Source: an uncultured candidate division Zixibacteria bacterium
GTDB taxonomy: Bacteria; Zixibacteria; MSB-5A5; UBA10806
Direction of reading: 5' to 3'
NCBI GenBank assembly: GCA_963817915.1
Contig: CAWFQL010000011.1
Location: 224,001-288,000 of the forward strand
DNA: 64,000 nt
The notes below the pieces were generated by a model. It was not told the DNA's origin. It was given only the letters and a program-made list of their open reading frames with translations, and made no database searches. Both the position numbers and the translations under genes were made by a program. This document shows, in pieces, positions 1-10,453 of the stretch; positions within the stretch are counted from its first letter, which is position 1; every line of letters starts with the position of its first letter.

Positions 1-1
1 C

Positions 2-1241
2 GGACAAGAAGTGCTAGGAAGTAATCTTGGAGTCACCGATCTATCCGGTTTCAGAATAGCCGCGGATAATGGTTCCTGGATTTCACTTTCACAGCTGACA
101 TTAAGCTCTACAGTAAATGACCTTATATCGGCGATTAATTCCTCAGTACCCGGTGTAACCGCGTCTCTAGTAGGCGGACAGATCCACGTGCAGCGTGATT
201 ACGCCGGCAGCCCGTCGGTCTATAATGTAGCGATTCAGGATACCGTAACATCAGATTTGTGTGCTAAGCTTTTTGGCGCGGCAACTTTTAATGCCAATAA
301 CGGATCCGCTTCCACACTGGAAGCTACGGATGTGTTCACACCCACAGGAGGCGCACCGCAGCCTGCAGAAACTTTAAATCTGGTCTATAACGATATTACC
401 GGTATAGTTACTGGAATTTCGGGATTAGGCAATGGCGGCGTGACTGTTTCTGCCGGGGCGGGCGGCCTTGTAGGCGATCCTGACGGAGCAGGTCCTTTGG
501 GATCATCAACATTGACCATCGACACTGCCGATACTCAGCATGCCACTTCGATTACGGTATTTGATTCTCAGGGTGGCAAGCATAATATGACAATGACATT
601 CACCAAAAGCTGGCTGCCAAACCAGTGGTTCTGGGAAGCAAATCTTGGCGCGGGCGAGATCGTCCGTTCGGGCGGTTCAGGTGTTGTCAATTTCAATGCC
701 GATGGATCATTGAGTTCATTCGATTATAATGGTGGAGCCACTCAATTACGTGTCGATCCCGAATAACGGCGCCGCTGAAATGGCTGTTGATCTTTTCGCA
801 GGAACCGCCAGCGGATTCGACGGATTGACAGGTTTTTCATCTGAATCTACTGCGGCCGCCAGAAGCCAGGATGGTTACGGAATGGGAATTCTTTCGAATA
901 TCAGTATCGATCCCAGCGGAACCATTACCGGTATTTTCACCAATGGCGTCTCCCGGGTATTGGCTCAAATTTATATTGCTGAATTCAACAATACCGGCGG
1001 TCTTCTGAAAGGCGGAAAGAGCCTATTCCAGGCTTCGGCAAATTCCGGTTCAGCGATTCTTGGAGTAGCGGGCCAGACAACGTCATCGACAATAACATCC
1101 GGCGCCCTTGAAATATCCAATGTCGATTTGGCGCAGGAATTTACCAACATGATAGTTTCTCAGCGTGGCTTCCAGGCCAACGCGAGAGTCATTACGACAT
1201 CCGATGAAATGCTAAATGAATTGGTATCATTGAAGAGATAA
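2..1241 (+). CDS. flgE: Flagellar hook protein FlgE, 5'-partial, split by a +1 indel near 757-762 (ORFs 11..766 and 729..1241)
   Basis: C-terminus has QDGY..G.L...SID..G.ITG.FTNG and GALEISNVDLAQEFTNMIVSQRGFQANARVITTSDEML. FlaE-like 'SITVFDSQGGKH' is present. Removing one C in gatcccgaat joins the two frames. Confidence 0.93.
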
Positions 1242-1251
1242 AATCACAAGC

Positions 1252-1275
1252 CGGAGGGGGAGCGATCCCCCTCCG
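1252..1275 (+). other. GC-rich intergenic stem-loop after flgE, no U-tract (possible mRNA stabiliser or processing site)
   Basis: CGGAGGGGGA-GCGA-TCCCCCTCCG, a perfect 10-bp stem with a GNRA loop. Confidence 0.6.
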
Positions 1276-1295
1276 CGTGATGAAAGCCGCAAAAA

Positions 1296-1520
1296 GTGAT
1301 CAACGTAACGCGTTTAGATAATACCCGACTGGTAATCAATTCAGAGTTGATCGAGTTCGTGGAGTCAATTCCGGAGACAATCGTCTCCTTGACCACGGGC
1401 AAAAAGATAATGGTAAAAGAAACTATCGAAGATATCATCGCTGAAGTCGTGGAATTCAAAAGGAAATGCGCGATTTTGACGATAAAGAAGGATGAAGGAG
1501 GGATAACCGACAATGCCTGA
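1296..1520 (+). CDS. flbD: Flagellar protein FlbD family
   Basis: MINVTRL....VINSELIEFVESIPETIVSLTTGKKIMVKET matches the FlbD/YlzI pattern; typical position after flgE. Confidence 0.88.
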   Translation: MINVTRLDNTRLVINSELIEFVESIPETIVSLTTGKKIMVKETIEDIIAEVVEFKRKCAILTIKKDEGGITDNA

Positions 1521-2070
1521 TACCGCCACTAAGGAAAAAATTGAAGACGATGAAATGATGGAGGATGAAAAGTCGGAAGAATCTGCCAAATCGAAAAAAT
1601 CGGGTGGCATGATGCAGACGGCAATAATCATCGCCTTATTTCAAGTAGTCATTGCAGTTGGAGCATACTTTTTTATCAAAATGGCAATAGCTCCACATAT
1701 GAAAAATGTCCCCGCATCATCGGGACAGAGCCAGGCCGAAAAATCAAACGCTGAGTCTCAGGGAGCCCGCGAAGTCAAGTTGATTGAAAATATCGTAGTT
1801 AATCCGGCCGGAACGAACGGCACACGCTATTTGTCAACATCGATTGGGCTCGAACTGGATAAAACGCCGGAAGGCGAAAAGCTAATGGAAGAAAAAACGC
1901 CGGTAATCCGAGACATAATAATTGCGGTGCTAACATCGAAAACATTGGAAGAATTAAGCTCGGCTGAAGGCAAAGATAATATAAGGACCGAAATACAAAG
2001 TAAATTGAGTGAAGCCATCGCTCCTGTAAAGGTTCACCGGATTTATTTTGTGGATTACGTGCTTCAATAG
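1513..2070 (+). CDS. fliL: Flagellar basal body-associated protein FliL
   Basis: One N-terminal TM helix; IVVNPA..GTRYL, P.IRDIII..L.SKT..EL.S.EGK, IYF.DYVLQ. Confidence 0.92.
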   Translation: MPDTATKEKIEDDEMMEDEKSEESAKSKKSGGMMQTAIIIALFQVVIAVGAYFFIKMAIAPHMKNVPASSGQSQAEKSNAESQGAREVKLIENIVVNPAGTNGTRYLSTSIGLELDKTPEGEKLMEEKTPVIRDIIIAVLTSKTLEELSSAEGKDNIRTEIQSKLSEAIAPVKVHRIYFVDYVLQ

Positions 2071-2072
2071 AT

Positions 2073-3056
2073 ATGGCCAAAGTACTTTCACAAGACGAAA
2101 TTGATGCCCTACTTACTAATGTAGGGGATGCCCCGGAATCGCCTGCCGAACCGGAGCCGTTGCCGCAGACTACGAGCAACAGGAAAGCTGTCTCGTATGA
2201 TTTCAGGCACCCCAACAGAGTATCGAAAGATCAATTGCGGACGCTCGAATCGCTCCACGACAATTTCGCCAGCCAATTGGGCTCGTCGTTGTCGGGTTTT
2301 ACGAGATCGGTCGTCGATGTTGACCTTTTGTCGGTGGATCAAATTACATATTCTGAGTTTATTATCTCATTGGTTGCGCCTTCATGCACATATGTTGTTT
2401 CCATGCACCCGCTCGAGGGACTGGGAATTATCGATTTCAATCCATCGGTGGCTTTTTCGTTTGTTGATCGCATGTTCGGTGGTAGGGGGAAGACAATCAC
2501 CGCTGAACGTGAATTGACCGGAATCGAAAAATCAATCATGTTTAAGGTAGTCGGAAGAGCATTTGCTGCGCTCACCAAATCTTGGGAGCATGTCATAAAA
2601 CTGGAATTTGCCCAATCCGCGTTCGAAACTAACCCGCAATTCATTCAAATTATTCCGCCGGGCGAAACGGTGATAGTAGTCTCTATGCAGGTTAAGATGC
2701 TATCATCTTCAGGGATTGTGACCGTATGTTATCCATATCTATCATTGGAATCTATAATGGATAAGTTATCCGCCCAGCATTGGATCGATGCCAACAAGCG
2801 GAATGCCGATAAAAATGCTCTGGAGACTAATACCAGGCAGCTTTCCAATGTCAGAGCCGACCTTGTGGCAATCCTTGGCGAAACCAAATTGACCTTAAAA
2901 GAACTGATCGATATTAAGCCGGGGGATGTAATTAGACTTGATGCATTTGAAAATGATGAAATTGGCCTTTACGTCGGGGCGAAGCCGAAATTTCTGGCTA
3001 GACCCGGTCTATCCGGAAATCAAAAGGCTGTCAAAATAACTGACGTTGTAGCATAG
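2073..3056 (+). CDS. fliM: Flagellar motor switch protein FliM
   Basis: N-terminal LSQDEIDALL CheY-binding motif, YDFRHPNRVSKDQLR, ETNPQF, C-terminal SpoA domain. Confidence 0.97.
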   Translation: MAKVLSQDEIDALLTNVGDAPESPAEPEPLPQTTSNRKAVSYDFRHPNRVSKDQLRTLESLHDNFASQLGSSLSGFTRSVVDVDLLSVDQITYSEFIISLVAPSCTYVVSMHPLEGLGIIDFNPSVAFSFVDRMFGGRGKTITAERELTGIEKSIMFKVVGRAFAALTKSWEHVIKLEFAQSAFETNPQFIQIIPPGETVIVVSMQVKMLSSSGIVTVCYPYLSLESIMDKLSAQHWIDANKRNADKNALETNTRQLSNVRADLVAILGETKLTLKELIDIKPGDVIRLDAFENDEIGLYVGAKPKFLARPGLSGNQKAVKITDVVA

Positions 3057-3605
3057 GTGGAGAATATGACAGAAAATGGTATGGACAATGGCAAAATTGA
3101 AGAGCCGAATTCGGGTTTAGAGGCCCAGAATATCGACGGAGATATTGCCAAGAACCTGGAGGGACTCTCCGAGCCGGGCGATCAGCCAGGCATTGTTGAG
3201 CCCAAAGTCGGCGCGAAAGCCGAACTCAGCCAGGAAGACCTCATAAGCCTTGGTCTCGGCGATACCAAAGAATTCGAAATGGCCATGAACCAGGTCAAGG
3301 CCAAAAATTTCGAGCAATTGCCCGAGACATCTCAGCAAAAACCGCAGAGAAGCATCGATATGCTGATGGATGTTACTCTTCCGATCGCAATCGAATTGGG
3401 AAGAACCAATATGACTATTGGCAATATCCTCAACCTGGGGCCTGGTTCAGTTGTCGAGCTTAATAAACTCGCCGGTGAACCGGTCGACCTGCTTGTAAAT
3501 GACAAATTGATAGCGCGTGGTGAGGTAGTAGTAGTCGATGAAAATTTTGGAATTCGTATTACATCGATGATCTCACAGCAGGAACGCATCAAGAGTTTAA
3601 GATGA
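3057..3605 (+). CDS. fliN: Flagellar motor switch protein FliN (start may be ATG 3066)
   Basis: IDMLMDV.L...IELGRT...LGPGSVVELNKLAGEPVDLLVN..LIARGEVVVVDENFGIRIT. Confidence 0.96.
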   Translation: MENMTENGMDNGKIEEPNSGLEAQNIDGDIAKNLEGLSEPGDQPGIVEPKVGAKAELSQEDLISLGLGDTKEFEMAMNQVKAKNFEQLPETSQQKPQRSIDMLMDVTLPIAIELGRTNMTIGNILNLGPGSVVELNKLAGEPVDLLVNDKLIARGEVVVVDENFGIRITSMISQQERIKSLR

Positions 3606-4075
3606 TTCGTCGAATAGCCTTGATTTTTATAATCGCCATCCTGGTGATTCCGGGATGTGTTTTTGCGCAGCAGGCGAATCATGATTCACTCATGGTTCCG
3701 TCGGCTCAGTCGTTTGCTCCATCTATGATGGGTATTATAGCCAAATTAGTCATATCATTGATCCTTATTGTCGGATTAATCTACGCCTCGATGTTTTTCC
3801 TCAAAAAAATCAATGCCAGAGCCTCCGGCGGAGGTACAGTAGGGGATATTATTAAAATTGTGGGGAGGACTTTCCTATCCCCGAAACAATGCCTTTATCT
3901 GGTCAAGATAGGGGAGAAGTATATGGTACTCGGCGCCACCGAAGGCAGTATTAATTTAATCGATCATATAAGTCAGGCAGAATTTGAAGAATTGAAAAAA
4001 AATAATATAAAAGCAAATGATGTTAATCCGCAGTCTAAGTTTGCCATGATGTTGAAGGGAATAGTCAGACCTTGA
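3602..4075 (+). CDS. fliO: Flagellar biosynthesis protein FliO
   Basis: Signal-like segment plus TM helix, then L.PKQ.LYLVKIGEKYMVLGATE..INLI; lies between fliN and fliP. Confidence 0.88.
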   Translation: MIRRIALIFIIAILVIPGCVFAQQANHDSLMVPSAQSFAPSMMGIIAKLVISLILIVGLIYASMFFLKKINARASGGGTVGDIIKIVGRTFLSPKQCLYLVKIGEKYMVLGATEGSINLIDHISQAEFEELKKNNIKANDVNPQSKFAMMLKGIVRP

Positions 4076-4818
4076 AAAAGCTCGTTCTTATTTTATTAAT
4101 TGCAGGTCTTGTACTTTCAATAGCATCACCGGGATTTACCCAGACAATTCCCAAGATTTCTATTCAGGTGGATAAATCGGATTCACCGAAGGATTTATCG
4201 GTAGCCCTTCAGATCCTGCTTTTCATGACAATCCTGACATTGGCGCCGGCCATCCTGATGATGATGACGTCTTTTGTCAGAATCGTTGTAGTATTTTCAT
4301 TTTTGCGACAGGCAATTGGTACACAGCAAATGCCGCCGAATCAACTATTGATAGGCCTGGCATTGATATTGACCGCTTTCATTATGGGGCCCAGGATTGA
4401 GACAATCAATCAAACCGCTATCCAGCCCTATATGCGCGGCGAAATAAACCAAAAACAGGCATATGATATCGGGATAATACCTATCCGTGAATTTATGCTG
4501 AGGCAGGTAAGGGAAAAGGATTTGGCCTTATTTGTATCCCTTGCCCATATTCCTCAGCCCAAAACTCCCGATGATATTCCAACTCATTTGATCATTCCGG
4601 GTTTTGTGATATCGGAATTAAGAATCGCGTTTCAGATTGGTTTTATTTTGTACATTCCATTTCTGATTATCGATATGGTCGTTGCCACAGTGCTAATGTC
4701 CATGGGTATGATGATGTTGCCGCCCATAATGGTATCATTGCCATTCAAGGTGCTTCTGTTCGTGTTGGTGGATGGATGGTATCTGATTGTCAAATCATTA
4801 GTGGAAAGTTTTCATTGA
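4072..4818 (+). CDS. fliP: Flagellar export protein FliP
   Basis: MTSFVRIVVVFSFLRQAIGTQQMPPNQ, AFQIGF..YIPFLIIDMVVA..LMSMGMMMLPP..SLPFK.LLFVLVDGW. Confidence 0.98.
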   Translation: MKKLVLILLIAGLVLSIASPGFTQTIPKISIQVDKSDSPKDLSVALQILLFMTILTLAPAILMMMTSFVRIVVVFSFLRQAIGTQQMPPNQLLIGLALILTAFIMGPRIETINQTAIQPYMRGEINQKQAYDIGIIPIREFMLRQVREKDLALFVSLAHIPQPKTPDDIPTHLIIPGFVISELRIAFQIGFILYIPFLIIDMVVATVLMSMGMMMLPPIMVSLPFKVLLFVLVDGWYLIVKSLVESFH

Positions 4819-4885
4819 TCTGAAATTGCGAAGTAAATATTAATTTATTCAATAACGTGAATTACAGCAAACTGGGGATATTCGA

Positions 4886-5155
4886 ATGAGCACAGAATTT
4901 ATTGTCGAATTAGCTCGAAGTTCAATTTACACAACACTACTTGTATCCGCGCCGATGCTTATTTTGGCCCTGATTGTAGGCCTTGCCATTTCAATCCTGC
5001 AGGCGATCACCCAGATTCAAGAAATGACGTTAACATTTATCCCCAAAATAGTCGCAGTTGGAATCGCTCTGGTAGTATTTTTACCATGGATGATAAACAC
5101 GCTGGTCACTTACACCGCCCAATTGCTATCGCTAATACCTACCCTGGCTCGCTAA
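4886..5155 (+). CDS. fliQ: Flagellar export protein FliQ
   Basis: GLAISILQAITQIQEMTLTFIPKI. Confidence 0.98.
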   Translation: MSTEFIVELARSSIYTTLLVSAPMLILALIVGLAISILQAITQIQEMTLTFIPKIVAVGIALVVFLPWMINTLVTYTAQLLSLIPTLAR

Positions 5156-5286
5156 GGTAGATTTTTTCTCCTATCTCGGAATAATTTTCCCAGTCAATAG
5201 ATAAAACTCGTTTTCAGTCTTCGTGTTTGGCGAAGTAACTGCAAATAATATAACAGGTTAACTTTATTCTATTCCCTAATCCTTTA

Positions 5287-5302
5287 CGGCACATCGCTTG
5301 CT
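5287..5302 (+). promoter_or_regulatory. Sigma54 (-24/-12) promoter upstream of fliR-flhBAFG-fliA
   Basis: CGGCACATCGCTTGCT fits GGCAC-N5-TTGC with GG-N10-GC spacing, ~38 nt before the fliR start. A weaker second match TGGCGAAGTAACTGCA is at 5228-5243. Confidence 0.75.
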
Positions 5303-5339
5303 TTAAAGCATTGACGATATGGGGAAAGAATAGGGAAAA

Positions 5340-6128
5340 ATGTCACCGATTGAAATTTCAGCAGCCAACTTCGAAAAATTTCTAATGGTATTGATGAGAG
5401 TGGGCGGAATGATGTTTACCGCGCCGCTCTTTAGCCATCGCAACATACCGCCGATGGCGAAAATTGGACTAATTGGCATTTTCTCATTGGTTCTGGTGCC
5501 GGTTATCCCATCGCCACCACCTGAACTATTAAATGATCTGGGCTCGGTTATCGGTGTAGTGGCAAAGGAGTTAGTGGCGGGCCTTCTAATGGGATTTATG
5601 GCCACGACAATAATGATCGGGATTCAAGTGGCGGGTGAGCTCGTCGCCTTCCAAATGGGTTTTGCGATAGTTCAAGCACTCGATCCATCGTCCTCAAGCA
5701 ATGTTTCGATTATATCCGAATTCCAATTCATAATGGCGATCTTGATTTTCCTCGCTATCGACGGTCATCATCTTTTGATCAACGCTGTCGCTGGAAGTTT
5801 CCAGGTTATCCCGCCCGGTATGATAAATTTTTCGAGCGCGTCGGTTGAAGTAGCAATAAGATTTTGTATCAATGTTCTCGCCATCGGCTTGAAAATCGGC
5901 GCGCCGGTCATCGTCACATTATTCCTGACAGATGTCGCGCTCGGCATCATGGCGCGCACCGTGCCCCAGATGAATGTCTTCATCGTAGGTATGCCGTTGA
6001 AAATAGGGACAGGGTTCCTAATTCTAGCCGCATCGTTTCCGTTTTTCAGCTACGTTTTTACGAAACTGCTTCAAAGCATGGATCGTGATCTAACCAGACT
6101 TATAACCGCATTGGCGCCGAGGACCTGA
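5340..6128 (+). CDS. fliR: Flagellar export protein FliR
   Basis: Multi-TM; AGELVAFQMGF..DP, FLAIDGHHLLI, RTVPQMNVFIVGMPLKI. Confidence 0.97.
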   Translation: MSPIEISAANFEKFLMVLMRVGGMMFTAPLFSHRNIPPMAKIGLIGIFSLVLVPVIPSPPPELLNDLGSVIGVVAKELVAGLLMGFMATTIMIGIQVAGELVAFQMGFAIVQALDPSSSSNVSIISEFQFIMAILIFLAIDGHHLLINAVAGSFQVIPPGMINFSSASVEVAIRFCINVLAIGLKIGAPVIVTLFLTDVALGIMARTVPQMNVFIVGMPLKIGTGFLILAASFPFFSYVFTKLLQSMDRDLTRLITALAPRT

Positions 6129-7192
6129 TGGCTGATACATCATTCCAGGAAAAAACCGAACAGGCATCGCCAAAAAGGCGTGAGGATGCGCGCAAGAAAG
6201 GGCAAGTAGCCCGTTCGATGGAATTGAATTCGGTAGCGATCCTCTTTTTTGGTCTTATGTCGTTGACGTTTTTCTCCGGCTGGTTTTATCAGGGTCTCAG
6301 GCAATCATTCATATCAAACTACGCGATGATTGCCAATATCGATTTAACCGCGGTAAAGGCTTATGAGATTTTCAGAGTCAACGGTTTTGAATTGTTAAAG
6401 ATCATGTTTCCGATGCTGGCCGTAATGATGGTGGCGGGAGTTTTGGTAAATTTCGCCCAGGTAGGGCTTCATTTCACACCCGAACCAATCATACCTAAGG
6501 CCGAAAAGCTCAATTTCACGAAAGGGTTCTCACGCATATTTTCTAAAAAGACCGTCGTTGAGCTCTTCCGTGACGTTATCAAGATCTCAATCATAGGGTA
6601 CATTTCATATATAACGATCAGAGATGAAATCCCCAATTTCCTGCCGTTAGCGGATCAGGAATTGAGCCAGATCATGTCATTCGCTGGAATGATGGCTCTC
6701 AAGGTAGGGCTTCGAGTTGCGCTGGCGCTGTTCCTTTTGGCAATTCTCGACTACGCGTTCCAAAAATTCGAATTCGAGAAAACTATTCGAATGAGCAAGC
6801 AGGAAGTCAAAGAAGAATATAAGGAATTTGAAGGCGATCCTCAGATAAAGGCCAGAATCAGACGCATTCAGCGGGAAATGTCTCGTCGCAGGATGATCCA
6901 AGAAGTTGAGAAGGCCGATGTCGTGATAACGAACCCGACTCACCTTGCGGTCGCGCTGCGATATGATATGGATAAAGATTCCGCTCCCACAGTCGTGGCC
7001 AAAGGCGAACGGCTGATCGCTCAGAAAATAAAAGAAGTCGCCAAAAAATTCAATATTCCGATAGTCGAGGACAAGCCTCTCGCGAGAGCATTATTCGAAA
7101 CAGTCGATATAGGAATGCAAATACCTATGAAACTGTATCGGGCAGTCGCGGAAGTGCTGGCATATGTCTATAAGCAGAAGGGTAAAATCTAA
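6128..7192 (+). CDS. flhB: Flagellar export protein FlhB
   Basis: EKTE.ASPKRR..AR.KGQV, MSKQEVKEE.KE.EGDP, autocleavage motif NPTH. Confidence 0.98.
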   Translation: MADTSFQEKTEQASPKRREDARKKGQVARSMELNSVAILFFGLMSLTFFSGWFYQGLRQSFISNYAMIANIDLTAVKAYEIFRVNGFELLKIMFPMLAVMMVAGVLVNFAQVGLHFTPEPIIPKAEKLNFTKGFSRIFSKKTVVELFRDVIKISIIGYISYITIRDEIPNFLPLADQELSQIMSFAGMMALKVGLRVALALFLLAILDYAFQKFEFEKTIRMSKQEVKEEYKEFEGDPQIKARIRRIQREMSRRRMIQEVEKADVVITNPTHLAVALRYDMDKDSAPTVVAKGERLIAQKIKEVAKKFNIPIVEDKPLARALFETVDIGMQIPMKLYRAVAEVLAYVYKQKGKI

Positions 7193-9282
7193 TGGCATCC
7201 AAGCCTGACATGGTTCCCGATAATACGCCATTTCTGGTAAAAATTACTAAGCATGCCGATATCGTGCTGGCAGTGATGATAGTTTTCATCATCGGCATTT
7301 TAGTTCTGCCATTGCCGCCGACTATTCTCGATTTTCTTTTGGCATTCAATATCGCGCTCTCCCTCGTGGTGCTACTGGTTACAATGTATATCACCAAGCC
7401 GCTTGAGCTCTCGGTATTCCCCGGCATGCTTTTGATTCTCACCCTTTTCCGCCTTTCTCTCAATGTTGCCTCGACTCGTCTCATCTTAGGCACGGCCTAT
7501 GCGGGCGAAGTTATTTCGTCATTCGGCAATTTTGTAGTCGGCGGAAATTACGTGGTCGGATTCATAATATTCGCGATTTTGGTAATTATTCAATTTGTAG
7601 TCATAACCAAGGGTGCCGGCAGAGTCGCTGAAGTTGCCGCCAGGTTCACATTAGACGCTATGCCCGGCAAGCAGATGGCTATCGATGCCGATTTGAATGC
7701 CGGCCTTATATCAGAAGATGACGCCAGAAATCGCCGAACTCAAATTTCCCGTGAAGCAGATTTTTACGGCGCGATGGATGGCGCTTCCAAGTTTGTTCGT
7801 GGAGACGCGATTGCCGGCGTCTTAATCACCATCATCAATGTTATCGGCGGATTTATTATTGGTGTACTCCAGATGGGCATGTCTGTCACCGATGCATTGA
7901 AAACTTATACGCTTCTATCGGTTGGTGATGGTCTTGTAACTCAGATTCCCGCCCTCTTAGTTGCTACTTCCGCTGGTATCATAGTTACCAGAGCCGCATC
8001 GGAAGCAAATCTCGGACATGATTTAACAAGACAGATCACCGCATATCCCAGAGCCATATTGATCGCTTCCGGGATGCTGTTTATTCTCGGACTTGTTCCC
8101 GGAATGCCGACTCTGCCATTTATGCTGCTTGGCGGTGTGACATCGTTCATCGCCTATTCGACAATAAAGAGCAAAAAAGAAGAAGCCGCCGAAGCCCCTA
8201 AAAAGGAAGCCGCTCCAACTGCCGCGCCGCCGGAAAAGATGGAAGATTTCCTCAAGGTCGATACTCTTGAAGTGGAAATTGGGTACGGCTTGATTCCGTT
8301 AGTCGATGTCTCTCGCGGCAATGATTTACTGGAAAGAATATCGATTATTCGCCGTCAAATTGCCTCAGAATTGGGTGTGCTTGTACCGCCAATTAGAATT
8401 CGGGATAATGTCCGCCTAAAACCGAATCAATATCAGATCAAAATAAAAGGAATCGGGATCGCGTCATCGAATTTATATCCCGGTCAATTATTAGCGATCA
8501 ATCCCGGTTCAGTAAGAGATAAAGTCGCGGGACTTGAAGTAACTGAACCCGCTTTCGGCTTACCGGCCTGCTGGATCGATGATAATCAAAAATCGTTGGC
8601 CGAAAAGAGAGGGTATACGGTTGTCGAGCCCACCGCGGTTCTCGCGACTCATCTAACCGAAATCATTAGATCGCATGCTGCCGAGCTGTTATCGCGTCAG
8701 GAAGTCTCGAAGCTTATCGCCAACGCCAAGGCCGATCATCCGGCGTTGATCGACGAGCTTGTTCCGGGTCAAATGACAGTCGGCCAGGTACAGCATGTGC
8801 TCCAAAATCTTTTAACTGAAAAAGTCCCGATTAAAGATCTGCCGACTGTTCTTGAAGCTCTGGCGGATCACGCGGCTACAATAAAAGATACCGATATACT
8901 CAGCGAATATGCACGCCACGCGCTCGCGCGGAATATATCGGCCTTATGTGTCAATGACGATAACGGAATGAAAGTAATTACTCTCGATCATCAGCTTGAG
9001 AAGTTGATCGGAGATTCAATTCAGAATACCAAACAGGGGATTCTGGCGATATTGCCTACTGAAGTTACTCAAAAGATCATCAACGAAGTAACTATGGCCA
9101 CCAACGAAATGGCAATCGCCGGATATTCACCGCTTATTCTTACAAGTCCCAATATTCGCCTTGCATTTAGAAGATTAATCGCGGCCGCGCTGCCAAAAGT
9201 GACGGTCATATCATTTAACGAGCTAATTCCAAATTTAGAGGTTGAAAGCATAAAAACAGTGAGGGTAACAGATGAAGATTAA
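7192..9282 (+). CDS. flhA: Flagellar export gate protein FlhA
   Basis: RVAEVAARFTLDAMPGKQMAIDADLNAG, FYGAMDGASKFVRGDAIAG, GDGLVTQIP. Confidence 0.99.
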   Translation: MASKPDMVPDNTPFLVKITKHADIVLAVMIVFIIGILVLPLPPTILDFLLAFNIALSLVVLLVTMYITKPLELSVFPGMLLILTLFRLSLNVASTRLILGTAYAGEVISSFGNFVVGGNYVVGFIIFAILVIIQFVVITKGAGRVAEVAARFTLDAMPGKQMAIDADLNAGLISEDDARNRRTQISREADFYGAMDGASKFVRGDAIAGVLITIINVIGGFIIGVLQMGMSVTDALKTYTLLSVGDGLVTQIPALLVATSAGIIVTRAASEANLGHDLTRQITAYPRAILIASGMLFILGLVPGMPTLPFMLLGGVTSFIAYSTIKSKKEEAAEAPKKEAAPTAAPPEKMEDFLKVDTLEVEIGYGLIPLVDVSRGNDLLERISIIRRQIASELGVLVPPIRIRDNVRLKPNQYQIKIKGIGIASSNLYPGQLLAINPGSVRDKVAGLEVTEPAFGLPACWIDDNQKSLAEKRGYTVVEPTAVLATHLTEIIRSHAAELLSRQEVSKLIANAKADHPALIDELVPGQMTVGQVQHVLQNLLTEKVPIKDLPTVLEALADHAATIKDTDILSEYARHALARNISALCVNDDNGMKVITLDHQLEKLIGDSIQNTKQGILAILPTEVTQKIINEVTMATNEMAIAGYSPLILTSPNIRLAFRRLIAAALPKVTVISFNELIPNLEVESIKTVRVTDED

Positions 9283-10453
9283 GAAGTTTATTGCAGCGAG
9301 TCTTCCTGAGGCTCTTTCCAAAGTCAAAGAGGATTTTGGGGAGGATGCTGTAATCCTAAAAACCAGATTCAGCAGCAAGAATGGAACATCAGGAAAGAAT
9401 CTCAAATCAGTCGAAGTCACGGCCGCTATCGATGAAAACGCTCCAAAGGTAGCAAATCCTGAGACCAAGACCATCAAATCTCCGGCTGGCACCAATCGTC
9501 TACTTACTACCGAAACGATCAGGCCGATGGAGATGAGACAAACTCCCAATGAGTCATTGAATGACATCAAGATTGAATTGTCATCGCTCAAGAAGGAGAT
9601 GGAACTTTCGCGAACACAGTCATTATTCGGGCAGCCATCGGGAATATTCCTTGATATAGCGCGACAACTGGTATCGTCAAATCTTCCCGAATCAATCGCG
9701 ATTGAAGTAGCAAAGAGACTTCAAGCCGAAGGCGCGACATTCCTGGGCACCGATGCCGCATGGTTAAAGGCAAAAAGCATTTTGGCAGGTATGCTATCTC
9801 CCGGCGATCCAATCCGCATGGCAGATAGCGGTTCAACCGTTGTAATGCTTATCGGTCCGTCAGGCGCGGGGAAATCATCCGCGGCCGCCAGACTGGCATT
9901 TCATTATAGTGTCGAAAAAAGAATCCCTGTCACATTAATCACGACCGACACATTCAGGGCCGATTCCAGAGAGCAGATTAAATCTCTCTCAAATGTAATC
10001 GGATGTCCGTTTGCCTCAGTATCGTCTCCCGAGGAATTGCTGGTAGCGCTCAGATCATATAAAGATGGCTTGATTATCGTTGATACAAGCGGAGCCGGTA
10101 ATGACGCCGAGATTCTCGAACTCGAATCTATGATAGGGGCCGCTAATCCGCATGAGGTACATCTTGTTGTGCCAGCCGATATTCCAGCCGATGATGCCAA
10201 GAGGCTTATCGAAAACCATCCAGATTTGCGCATCAATAAAATATTGGTAACCAAGCTCGATCAGAGCCGTTGCAGAGGCGGAATAATGGCCGCGGTAATC
10301 GAGAACAACCTGAGATTTTCATTCCAGAGCGCCTCGCGCGAAATACCCGGATTTTTCGGAACATTCGATCAGGAAAATTTCATAGATGCGTTTTTGCCAT
10401 CCAAGGCGACAACTCAAAGAGAATCCGAAGAGATTTATGAGGTGGTGAAATAA
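9272..10453 (+). CDS. flhF: SRP-family GTPase FlhF (divergent)
   Basis: N-terminal MKIKKF.A....AL..VK..FG.DAVIL..R and VEVTAA; GPSGAGKS, DTFR, DTSG, TKLD; follows flhA. Confidence 0.9.
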   Translation: MKIKKFIAASLPEALSKVKEDFGEDAVILKTRFSSKNGTSGKNLKSVEVTAAIDENAPKVANPETKTIKSPAGTNRLLTTETIRPMEMRQTPNESLNDIKIELSSLKKEMELSRTQSLFGQPSGIFLDIARQLVSSNLPESIAIEVAKRLQAEGATFLGTDAAWLKAKSILAGMLSPGDPIRMADSGSTVVMLIGPSGAGKSSAAARLAFHYSVEKRIPVTLITTDTFRADSREQIKSLSNVIGCPFASVSSPEELLVALRSYKDGLIIVDTSGAGNDAEILELESMIGAANPHEVHLVVPADIPADDAKRLIENHPDLRINKILVTKLDQSRCRGGIMAAVIENNLRFSFQSASREIPGFFGTFDQENFIDAFLPSKATTQRESEEIYEVVK

